A model generated the notes under the pieces. It ran no database searches. It was not told the origin of the DNA and saw only the letters and a list, made by a program, of their open reading frames with translations. The position numbers and the translations under genes are program-made. Positions 1-9,519 of a stretch of DNA of 19,054 nucleotides are shown here, piece by piece. Position 1 is the first letter of the stretch. Every line of letters starts with the position of its first letter. The DNA is taken from the NCBI RefSeq assembly GCF_000143415.4, contig NW_003314512.1, positions 1 to 19,054 of the forward strand. Reading direction: 5' to 3'. Source of the DNA: Selaginella moellendorffii. Taxonomy: Eukaryota > Plantae > Lycopodiophyta.

Positions 1-2
1 CA

Positions 3-1618
3 TTACAAGAAAGACCTCCTGGAACTGTGGAAGAATATGATCCCGAGACCAAACTTTACAAGGTTTTGTTCTTCGGATTTGCCGTTGTCAGTTTTCTTAA
101 AATTCGTGTCTTTGCTTTTGTAGGTGAGATTCGAGGGCGACCAAACTGAGGAGATTAAATGGGAAGAACTACAGAAGTATATCCCACAAGAAATCATTTT
201 CAAGAGGTAATCTTTACAATTTTTTTGTGCTTGCTTGGCGAATCTCTTCTCCTTTTTCCAGATTTTCGCAAAAGAAAAAAGAGCCAAGTGCTGACCAGCA
301 AGATAAACCAGGAGAACAGTCTACAAACTCTGAAGCAGCTACAGATAGTGAGGATGATGTCAAGGCGAAGAATAGTGATTATGAACGGGAAGCAAGGATC
401 CAGCAAGTGTCTAACGAGAACGCCATCGTGATCACGCAAGTTCAAGAAGTGCAAAGGATGGAGAAGATGGACATGCTTGCGGACGTCGTGGTTCAGAGCA
501 AACTCGAGGTGGTGGCGACGAAGAAAAGGCCACGTAAATCCGTTGCTCCCGTGAAGCTGCAACAAGAGGTTGACGCAATCAGTAGTGGCGAGGAAGCGGA
601 TGAAGAGGACGAAGAGGATGACGAGGAAAGCCATGACGAAGATAGCGAGAGCCTAGACAGTTTAAGCGAGGACGGATCAGAAGACGAGCCAGAGATCGAC
701 AGTGAAGACGAGGACGACGACGAAGAGGATGAAGAGCGGGATAGGAAAGACGGAGTCGACGACGACAGTGATTGCAGCTTGAACGAGAGCGATCTGGAGA
801 GGCTGAGGAAGAAGCCCAAGAAGAAACGAAAGCACGTCTTGACGCTGCAGAGGTGGAGGGGCTACAAGAAGAAGCGCAGGCTCGCGAAACAGGAGGGATC
901 CGATGGCACCCTGGCGATCAAGCGGCAGAAGAGACCCAAGAAGCCGACTCCAGTGGACGAGTTGACGAGGCGGCGTCAGGTCATCGCAGCGGAGCTCAAG
1001 AGGAAACTCAAGGAGAGCTGTGCGAATCTCAAGCGGAAGAAGAAGAAGAAGAAGACCGTGGCTGTGGAGTCTATTGTGGAGCCAAGCCTGGTGGAGCTGA
1101 GTCCGGCAAAGCTAGCTCTTCCGGAACCACCCGAGGTGCTGGAGTCGCCGGAGCCGTCTCCAAAATCTCTCGAGGTTGCTACTCCTTCCACAGCGATTAC
1201 TTCTACGAACTTAAACGCGAGCGAGAGCAAGCCATCGCCGTTCGACCGGGGAATCAAGCTCCGGGGACGCAAGCTGAGGAAGAGATTCAATGGAAGGGTC
1301 TTTCGCGGCGAAGTTGCGGACTACGACAGAAGGAACCGACGCTACAAGGTTTGGTCTCGAAAGAAGTATTTCTGCATGGATTTCTTATCTGTGAGCTTGT
1401 CATCAGGTCCGATACGAAGATGGCGACGAGGAGCAGCTAATGTGGAAGGACGTGGGGCCGCTGCTGGTGCCATTCGAGGAGCTGCATACGTGGGACGATC
1501 CAAACTATCAGCCACAGCAAACGCGAGTTATAAGCTCGGAGCTCCTCGCAGTGGAGAAGAAGGCCAGGGAGGAGAAGCTAAAGCTTCCAAAACTCAAGCC
1601 TCAAGTCGTCAAGTAAGA

Positions 1619-1665
<47 letters not shown>

Positions 1666-1733
1666 CTGTTTTGTGATTCTTTGTTTGATGTTTGTATTTC
1701 CTAACTTATTCTTTGTGTAGGCTCTTTGGTTGA
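3..1733 (+). CDS. 5'-truncated putative nuclear/chromatin protein with two Tudor-like (PTM/DIR17-type) domains flanking a long acidic tract and Lys/Arg-rich NLS-like segments
   Basis: Exons <3-62, 124-206, 262-1348 and 1407-1612 are joined in frame by GT-AG introns of 61, 55 and 58 nt. The terminal exon is probably 1721-1733 (KLFG*); alternative stops are at 1616, 1843 or 2002. Tudor-like 1: GTVEEYDPETKLYK|VRFEGDQTEEIKWEEL. Tudor-like 2: GRKLRKRFNGRVFRGEVADYDRRNRRYK|VRYEDGDEEQLMWKDV. Family assignment is by motif recognition only. Confidence 0.7.
1622..1657. repeat. (CT)18 microsatellite followed by a short (GT)n tract
   Basis: Directly visible, just after the GTAAG donor at 1613. Confidence 0.95.
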
Positions 1734-1935
1734 TGATTAAAGATCTCTCATCGTTTGTGACTAGATTCATTGTGTGTGTTTTGTGATTCTTTGTCTGATG
1801 TTTGTATTTCCTACCTGATCCTTTGTGAAGGTTCTTTGGTTGATGGTTAAAGGTCTCCCACCGTTTCGTTTGTGACTAGATTCATTGCTTGATGGTTTGA
1901 TCTCATCGCTTTTCTTGTTTGTGACTAGATTCATT
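1658..1935. repeat. Imperfect ~110-bp tandem duplication (2 copies plus a partial third)
   Basis: TGTTTTGTGATTCTTTG...GTTTGTGACTAGATTCATT units at ~1658-1771 and ~1772-1886. GTTTGTGACTAGATTCATT occurs a third time, ending at 1935. Confidence 0.9.
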
Positions 1936-2189
1936 TGATTTTTATATCCAGTTTAAGTTGTAGTACCTCTTCATTGACAGGAAAGAGCGGAAGGAACGTT
2001 GAAACAGGTGATCCAAAGGTCGTCCAAAGGTCGTCAACGTACATCAGCTGCAAAATTTTAACTTGAATTCATTACGTTGTAGCACGTGGTGTAGAGACCT
2101 GGTAGTGACGTGTTGTTTCTAGCCGCCGCGTTTTTCCAGGTGCATTCTAGCTGCAGGCTTTTACTGACATAGACTTGTACTTTAGGGCA

Positions 2190-4725
2190 ATGTTGGCATC
2201 AATCAGAGAGCATCAAAGCATCATCGCATCCTTGCCCGTAGATTTCTCTTGCCGAAGAGCAGCATCACAGGGCTTGGCAATGGATCAAAGGGCCGCATCT
2301 CAATGCCTGGCAATGGATCGGCAATCGTGGGTATTCACCAAACAGGTAAATTGCTCTTGTGGAGGAGGAGGGAGAGCTACTGGATCGCTACCATCACGCT
2401 TGCATTGGCTTCCATCGCCTAATAAGCTTCCCCCGATCGCTCGCTCCGTGCGGAGATTGCCAAGTCCTCTGGCGGCGGCGGCAGTAAATACCAACGGTTC
2501 TTGCGCGGTTAGAGAGAACCACCGGGATTATGTGCATTGGTTCAGGGAAGCGTGGCCATACATCCAAGGCCATCGCGGCAGCACATTCGTGATCGTTGTC
2601 CCAGGCGAGATTTTGGCAAAGCGAGAGACTCTAGACAATATCTTGCAGGTTCTTGTGGTGATCTCAATTGTTCCTGGCTGATTTGCCTCGACTTTGCCAG
2701 GATGTTTCACTGCTCCATGGATTGGGAATCAGATTGTGCTCGTTCCGGGGGTCCGCGTCCAAATCGACGATCTTCTCCGGGAGAGGGGTAAGGAGATTTG
2801 GATCTGCGAGAGGAGGGACTCTAGTTTTTCGAGCGGAAAAGAGAGGTTGGATTCCAGAGGAACGACACAAACAGCTAATAAATGCTTGTAGATTGCAGGT
2901 AGAGAGCCGAGATATGTTGGAGCTTACAGGATAACTGATGCTCACGCTCTCGATGCTTCCATGGAGGCGGCTGGAAAATTGCGCGTCGAGATAGAGGCGA
3001 AGCTCTCACGGGGACCAAGCATCCCTGTTCTTCGTCGGCATGGCGAGAATGAAAGGTGGCACGAGTCCGGCTTGGGTGTTGCGAGTGGGAATTTTCTGTC
3101 AGCAAAGGTTCGTGAAGGCGTGATGAGAATCTGCGTAACGATCTGGGCTTGAACTGTGCAGCGAAGAGGCGTGGTCAATGGAGTGGACTTTGGAGCGACT
3201 GGAGAAGTGAAAAAGATTGATGCGGAACGCATCAAAGAGAGGCTCGACAAGAACTGCATCGTCCTGATGAGCAATCTTGGGTATTCTAGCACGGGAGAGG
3301 TTCTAAACTGCAAGTAAGCATCCATTGCCTTTGATCTTTGATCTTTCTTTCTTTTTCTTAAAACGCTTTTAGTACGTACGAGGTGGCGACGGCGTGCGCG
3401 GTGGCTCTTCAGGCTGACAAGCTTTTGTGCCTGCTCGACGGTCCGGTTCTTGACGAGAATGGATTCCTGATTCGCTTCATGACACTTCTTCGGGCCGACC
3501 AGCTGATAAGACAGCGCGCAAGCCAAAGTTACATCGCTGCCGATTACGTGAAGGCTCTGGCGGGGGCAAGCTACGCGAAAAGTCTCGGTCTAGCGGACGT
3601 TCCTTTCACGAATGAAAGGCGCGGTTTTTATGTGAGTGCGTCCACCGGCGACTTAGCACTCAGCGAAGAGAACTATGATTCCTGCGGGAAGGGGTTTGCT
3701 GTTGGTGGCTTGGTGCGGACACAAGGATACTTATCGGAGTTGACGGCCTCTGTTCACGTTTGTCGGGTAAGAACTTCGGAGCTTTCGAATATTTTTTTTT
3801 CTTTCGCGAAATTGAAGCTGTGCCGTGCTGGTCCTTAGGCAGGGGTAAGGCGGGTCCATCTCTTGGATGGTACCATTGAGGGAGCTCTTCTCCTTGAGCT
3901 TTACACCAGAGATGGAATAGGCACGATGATCGCAAGGTAAAGTCTCGTTGTTCATCAGTTTTAAATTGTTTGTGATGTTTGGATCTTTGACTGATGATTT
4001 AATGCTCAATACAGTGATATGTACGAAGGCATTCGTTGTGCCACCAAGGACGATCTTCAGGATGTAGAGAAGTTATTGCGTCCTCTGGAAGAAAGTGGGA
4101 TACTCGTGAAAAGGTCGCGGGAAAAGGTACTTTGTTTATTCACTCTCGATTCCGATGGCTCTCAATGAGATGTTCTCCACAGTTACGAGGGGAGCTGGAG
4201 CATTATGTCGTCGTGGAAAGAGAAGGATCGTTAATTGCCTGCTGCGCACTGTACCCTTTCCTCAAAGACAAATGCGCAGAAGTTGGAGCTTTCGCTGTTT
4301 CTCCCGAGTGTCGCGGCCACGGCCAAGGCGACAGCCTACTCGGTTCGTGCATGCATCTTTCTAGTTTATTGTTTCCTATGCGGAGCATCGAAACTAACCG
4401 GTTTCGCGATTGCAGATTATGTGGAGCAAAAGGCTGCTGCAATGGATTGCCAGTATCTCTTCCTCTTGACAACTCGCGCCGCAGATTGGTAAACACTCTC
4501 GTCGATCTTTACGATCTTTGGATGAAAAAAGAAAAAAAAAAACGTTTTTGTTTATGTTTCTCCAGGTTCGTTAGCAGGGGATTTTTCCAGTGCCCCCTGG
4601 AGCAACTGCCGGCGGCGAGGCGGTCCGGAATAGACTTCACGAGAGGCTCCAAGTATTACATGAAGTCCTTGCAGCGCACAGCTCGCCCTCCAGTTTTGAG
4701 GCGATGTCTCGAGTCTATAGAGTGA
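2190..4725 (+). CDS. NAGS: Amino-acid acetyltransferase / N-acetylglutamate synthase (plant NAGS: transit peptide + AAK + GNAT domains); contains an apparent 1-nt frameshift at ~2734-2736
   Basis: Exons 2190-2648, 2701-2787, 2899-3107, 3162-3313, 3373-3766, 3839-3936, 4015-4126, 4183-4342, 4416-4488 and 4566-4725, all with GT-AG introns. Motifs: [75 protein letters not shown], and [20 protein letters not shown]. Exons sum to 1904 nt, one short of a multiple of 3. Confidence 0.92.
2256..2321 (+). repeat. 33-nt in-frame tandem duplication in the NAGS N-terminus ([11 protein letters not shown] / [11 protein letters not shown])
   Basis: Two 33-nt units at 2256-2288 and 2289-2321 share TGGCAATGGATC. 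Confidence 0.85.
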
Positions 4726-5491
4726 GTACGCGTCCGTTTTCTTTTTTCTACTTTGTTAAGGAGTCCGTGTGAGAGCCTGTCCTTTCAACTTCACAGGTAG
4801 AAGATGTATACGCGGGCGAGAATAATGCGTCAAGCTTTTCGGGATGGGAGAAAACTTTCTTCCACAACTTGGCTGTACTTGTCCGGGAGAGCATTCGATC
4901 GATCCAGTCGTCCTCGCGGAAGAGCGAGCGAGCGAAAGAGAGGAGAAAGAAAACTGGTTTCTTGGAAGCGAGAATTTTGCCGAGCAGTGGTGAATGCCAA
5001 TACAGCCGGTGTGATTCTTTGGTACAAAAAAAAAAAAACCAAGCACACTCCTTTAAAACATTAAAGTGTAGCCGTTATAAAGGCTCGCGTTTAAAAAGAT
5101 GGGGTGAGATCCCAGCCGCTAGATCCGACGGTGATTGGAGGCCGTCAATATCCGGTCCAACTTCCTTGGAACACACCCGTACGGAACGCGGATGAAATGG
5201 CCCATGGTGGGTGGCGCAGGGATAAAGATTCCCTGGAGATGCTGGTATGGCAGGGTCGCCTCACTGGCTCACTGGCATTGGTATAGTTTCCTCCTCCTAG
5301 GGTTTTACTACTCTTTTCGTTCTTTCGCCCTTCTTCGCGCTTCCTCCTGCCAGGGCTGCGTCGTGATGATCGTCTTGGAAATCTCTACCGCAATGACGGC
5401 GATCTGCGGCCCTGCGCAGTGATTCTTTCCCCCCGTTCTTGAAATCTTTGCTCTTCTTGATCGATCGATCGATCGATCTTTCGATCTTTCC

Positions 5492-7846
5492 ATGGCGCGG
5501 CTGGAGATCCGGGTCGCTGCCCTCGTGTTCTTGCTGGCGCTGTCGCGGTTCCGATGCGACGAGGAGGAGATTTCGCGCAAGACTTACATTGTGAGGATGG
5601 ACAAGGGAGCAATGCCGGCGATATTTCGGACGCACGAATCCTGGTATGAATCCACTCTCGCAGCAGCGTCGGGAATCCACGCCGCCGCCCCGGCGGCCGA
5701 ATTCATCCACATCTACAACACGGCGATGCACGGATTCGCGGCCAAGATGAGCGCTCGCCAGGCGGCGGCGCTGGAATCCGCCCCGGGATTCATCCACATG
5801 TTTCCAGACTCCGCCAAGAAGCTCCACACGACGTATAGCCCACAGTTCTTGCATCTGGAGCAGTCCAACCACGCGCCATCGCTCCTCTGGAAGGATTCCA
5901 CCTATGGCTCCGAGGCAATCGTGGGGATCTTCGACACTGGCGTGTGGCCGCAGAGCCAGAGCTTCGACGATCGCAAGATGTCGCCGGTTCCATCGCGGTG
6001 GAAGGGGACCTGCCAGGCCGGCCCGGGCTTCGATCCAAAGCTGTGCAACCGCAAGCTCATCGGTGCGCGATTCTTCTACCGCGGCTACGAGGCGATGAGC
6101 GGTCCTATCAACGACACCACCGAATTTAAGTCGCCCAGGGACTCGGACGGCCACGGCACGCACACGGCCTCCACTGCCGCCGGGCGGGACGTGTACCGCG
6201 CGGACCTCCTCGGCTTTGCCGCCGGCACCGCTCGCGGCATGGCGCCCAAGGCACGCATCGCCGCCTACAAGGTCTGCTGGCAGTCGGGCTGCTTCGACTC
6301 GGACATCCTCGCGGCTTTCGACCGCGCTGTCTCGGACGGCGTGGACGTGATCTCTCTCTCGGTCGGCGGTGGAGTGATGCCTTACTACCTCGACAGCATT
6401 GCCATCGGCTCCTTCGCGGCCATGGAGCGGGGGATTTTCGTGGCTTGCTCGGGCGGGAACGAAGGCCCGACTGATATGTCGGTGACCAACATCGCGCCTT
6501 GGATCACCACCGTCGGGGCCAGCACCATGGACCGGAGCTTCCCCGCGAATGTGAAGCTGGGCAATGGGATGGTGATACAGGGGGTGTCGCTCTACAGTGG
6601 GAAAGGACTCCCTCACCACCAGCAGCTAAAGCTCGTGTTCCCGAAGCCCAACACCAAGAACGACTCGTACAGCGCGTCGCTGTGCATGAAGAACACCTTG
6701 GATCCCAAGGCGGCGAAGGGAAAGATCGTGTTTTGCGAGCGCGGGAGCAATCCTCGCGTCGAGAAGGGATACAACGTCCTCCAGGCGGGCGGAGCCGGGA
6801 TGATCCTCGCAAACGCGGTCGCGGACGGCGAAGGCCTCGTCGCGGACAGCCATCTTCTCCCGGCGACAGCAGTGGGAGCTCGGTCCGGTAGCGTGATCCG
6901 GAAGTACATGCACAGCACCAGGAATCCAACCGCGACGATAGAGTTCCTGGGGACAGTGTATGGCTCCGGCAACGCGCCAGTGATCGCGTCCTTCTCGTCG
7001 CGCGGTCCCAACCCGGAGACGCCCGAGATACTCAAGCCCGACTTGGTGGCTCCAGGCGTCAACATTCTGGCCTCGTGGACCGGCGACGCGGGGCCGACGG
7101 GGCTCTCGGCGGACACGAGACGCGTCAAGTTCAACATCCTGTCCGGGACTTCCATGGCCTGTCCTCATGTCAGTGGCCTCGCCGCGCTGCTCAAGTCGGC
7201 ACACCCGACTTGGAGCCCGGCCGCCATCCGCTCGGCGCTCATGACAACTTCTACAATGGAGGGGAAGTCCGGGCACGTAATCGGCGACGAGGCCACGTCC
7301 AACTCTTCCACGCCATTCGACTTTGGATCCGGGCTCGTGGACCCCGTGAGCGCTCTCGACCCGGGCCTGGTGTACGACTTGTCGGTGCGGGACTACGAGA
7401 GGTTCCTGTGCGGGCTGAACTACTCGAGCAGGGCCCGGTCGACCGTCACCCGGAGTCACTTCTCGTGTAGCAAGGACAGCACGACGAGGGACCGGCCCAG
7501 CAGCCTCAACTATCCGTCCTTCTCGGTGGTGTTTGATCTGAGCCAGAAGGCTTACACCACCACGGTGTCAAGGACTGTGACCAACGTTGGGCCGGCGAAG
7601 TCTTTGTATACTGCGAGGGTGGTGGCGCCGAGGGGAGTGGAGATCACTGTCAAGCCCAGCAAGCTCGAGTTCCAGAAAAGGAACCAGAAGATGGAGTTTC
7701 AGATGAGCATCACGGCCAAGTCGTCGCGGTCTGTGGCGGCGGGCGAGTCGGAGACGCAGTTCGGGGTGCTGATTTGGAGCAACACTCGCGGAGGACGACA
7801 GATGGTGCAGAGCCCGATCGCCATCAGCCGGCAGCAGCCATTTTGA
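5492..7846 (+). CDS. SBT: Subtilisin-like serine protease (plant subtilase S8A, SBT1 clade, SBT1.5/1.6-like), intronless, 784 aa
   Basis: Signal peptide and I9 prodomain (TYIVRM...HGFAAKMS...LHTT). Catalytic Asp in GIFDTGVWP, His in DSDGHGTHTASTAAG, Ser in LSGTSMACPHVSG, oxyanion Asn in SGGNEGP. PA domain (KGKIVFCERG) and C-terminal Fn3-like domain (SLNYPSF, RTVTNVG). Confidence 0.97.
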   Translation: MARLEIRVAALVFLLALSRFRCDEEEISRKTYIVRMDKGAMPAIFRTHESWYESTLAAASGIHAAAPAAEFIHIYNTAMHGFAAKMSARQAAALESAPGFIHMFPDSAKKLHTTYSPQFLHLEQSNHAPSLLWKDSTYGSEAIVGIFDTGVWPQSQSFDDRKMSPVPSRWKGTCQAGPGFDPKLCNRKLIGARFFYRGYEAMSGPINDTTEFKSPRDSDGHGTHTASTAAGRDVYRADLLGFAAGTARGMAPKARIAAYKVCWQSGCFDSDILAAFDRAVSDGVDVISLSVGGGVMPYYLDSIAIGSFAAMERGIFVACSGGNEGPTDMSVTNIAPWITTVGASTMDRSFPANVKLGNGMVIQGVSLYSGKGLPHHQQLKLVFPKPNTKNDSYSASLCMKNTLDPKAAKGKIVFCERGSNPRVEKGYNVLQAGGAGMILANAVADGEGLVADSHLLPATAVGARSGSVIRKYMHSTRNPTATIEFLGTVYGSGNAPVIASFSSRGPNPETPEILKPDLVAPGVNILASWTGDAGPTGLSADTRRVKFNILSGTSMACPHVSGLAALLKSAHPTWSPAAIRSALMTTSTMEGKSGHVIGDEATSNSSTPFDFGSGLVDPVSALDPGLVYDLSVRDYERFLCGLNYSSRARSTVTRSHFSCSKDSTTRDRPSSLNYPSFSVVFDLSQKAYTTTVSRTVTNVGPAKSLYTARVVAPRGVEITVKPSKLEFQKRNQKMEFQMSITAKSSRSVAAGESETQFGVLIWSNTRGGRQMVQSPIAISRQQPF

Positions 7847-7938
7847 TTCGATTCGATCGATCGACAGGAGAGAAGGTACCGTTATCATGAATGATGTGAT
7901 CTTTGGATAAGCAGCTCGCTCACCACCATTCCAGGAAA

Positions 7939-7942
<4 letters not shown>

Positions 7943-8010
<68 letters not shown>
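7943..8010. repeat. (TC)34 microsatellite between the convergent SBT and TMEM147 3' ends
   Basis: 68-nt perfect dinucleotide run, directly visible. Confidence 0.97.
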
Positions 8011-8015
<5 letters not shown>

Positions 8016-8195
8016 CTTTGTTCTTTCTTGTTTCGTCCCAGAGCAACTCTCCTCCAAATCAAATAAGTGAGATCTCCGATTCTCTCCGGAAGAAAGGAAT
8101 TTTGGAGCGTTTCGTAAGGCTTTTGGCTGGAAAGCCTTACAGTGAGATTGCGATTCCATTCAAAAAATTCCAGGAAAAAGATTTGCACCTTCTTG

Positions 8196-9399
8196 TCATG
8201 CTTGAGGCCTCTGGCACGCACTGAAGAGACGCCAAGTTACCAAAGCCATGGCAACCGCTGCCGACATCTCAAATCCCACGACTTTGGAAAAATCCCACTT
8301 AAGTCCTCGATGCAAGTAGCTGAAAGGATAGAGACGAACGAAACTTTTAAGCTCTTACCACCAGCAACTACGGAAGAACTTTAAATGAAGGGAGGAACCT
8401 GCTGATCGACGGCATAGCTGCGAGGATTCCAGCGCTGGTGTAGATGATTGGAACTAATGCCGACGGCTTGGATTTTCGAAGCCACATTAACGATCCCAGA
8501 GCGGCCAAAGACACTGTAAGAACCTGGAAACACAGGAGAAACAATTCGTGAACTCGAACAAAAGATGACACAGCAAAAACGAAAGTCGAGAAAAACTTCG
8601 AGACAGCACAAGGGTGCTTACCAGGTTCACGTTTGCTTCAATTCCTTGCAGAAGATAGTCCCAGGTGAATTCGTGGCCTTTTGCTCCCACCCACAGCGGT
8701 GCGAGCCTGTGCAGCAGTGAATCCGCAAACGCCCATCCTGTGAAGATCTAAAAACTTTAAAACGCTGCTCTTCAGCTCCAAGGCTGCGCTGCGCTCGAAA
8801 GAAAAAATAAAGGAAGAAAAACATACCGAGCCCAATGGCTTGGAACTTGTGATTCTGAGAGATGTTCCGGTACGTGAGCTGAGTGAGCGCGAAATACATG
8901 CCGGCTACATCCAGAAAACCGATAAGCGCCTTCAACATCTCCTGGAAAGAAAACAAAAAACGTTAAAAGTTGGCCTTTTTTTTTTCTTCTTTTCTCTCCT
9001 CGCTCGCTTTGAATGCCTTCACTTACTTGGGATGGATGGAAATCATCGTTATCCGATGCCTGTAAAAACGTTGCGAAAAGCACAAGCTGCATAGCAAATC
9101 CAGAGATTTTTGGTCGAAAACACACCAAAACAATGTAGATTCTCGAAAACACACCAAAAGAATGTAGATTCTATGCACGAGAACGCTTACCTTGATCAAT
9201 GTAGTCCCCAGATACACAAGCGCGGCCTTAACACACGTCCCAACAGTGTCATACTCAGATCTAAGGCAATCATGGCGTCAATCTGAGACAAATTCGGATC
9301 GGCAGATCAGACTGATACTCACAGTGGCGTCGCCTTGTAGTAGACAGCGTGCGGGCCAAACGTGAGCGCGGCGCAATTGAAGAAGTGGAAGAGCGTCAT
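8196..9399 (-). CDS. TMEM147: Transmembrane protein 147 homologue (BOS complex subunit), 228 aa
   Basis: Exons 9399-9323, 9260-9191, 9086-9027, 8941-8827, 8737-8622, 8523-8399 and 8319-8196 total 687 nt in frame. Characteristic N-terminus MTLFHFFNCAALTFGPHAVYYKATPLSEY and motif GLGWAFADSLLHRLAPLWVGAKGHEFTWDY. Confidence 0.93.
9115..9172. repeat. 29-bp tandem repeat x2 in TMEM147 intron 2
   Basis: CGAAAACACACCAAAA(C/G)AATGTAGATTCT twice, with one mismatch. Confidence 0.9.
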
Positions 9400-9412
9400 T
9401 GCTCCAGCTCCA

Positions 9413-9465
9413 AAACCCTAAACCTAAAGGGTTATCTAATAACTCGGTTTAACCCTTTGTTTATA
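9413..9465 (-). promoter_or_regulatory. Candidate TMEM147 core promoter: TATAAA (9465-9460) and telo-box AAACCCTAA (9413-9421)
   Basis: Motifs are visible 14-66 bp upstream of the ATG at 9399. The telo-box is an established plant promoter/5'UTR element; function here is untested. Confidence 0.5.
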
Positions 9466-9519
9466 ATCAAAAGGACACAGTAAGCACTTTTATTGTTGTC
9501 TGGGCAATCCAAAGAAATT

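Noticed and set aside
1349-1720. C-terminal part of the 497-aa ORF (227-1720) with an apparent hydrophobic tail
   Set aside because: It reads through introns and the (CT)n microsatellite. The spliced frame restores the second Tudor-like motif instead.
4804-5422. Short ORFs between NAGS and the subtilase
   Set aside because: No recognisable motifs, and several run through an A13 tract. Better explained as 3'UTR and promoter.
5297-7459. Long antisense ORFs (440, 277, 180 aa) over the subtilase
   Set aside because: Shadow ORFs of a GC-rich CDS (the 440- and 277-aa ones are codon-registered with it), with no recognisable domain.
7568-8221. ORFs containing RERERE... runs
   Set aside because: They are translations of the (TC)34 microsatellite.
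9412-9428. Interstitial telomeric repeat
   Set aside because: Only about two degenerate units (AAACCCTAAACCTAAA); treated as a telo-box rather than a telomere remnant.
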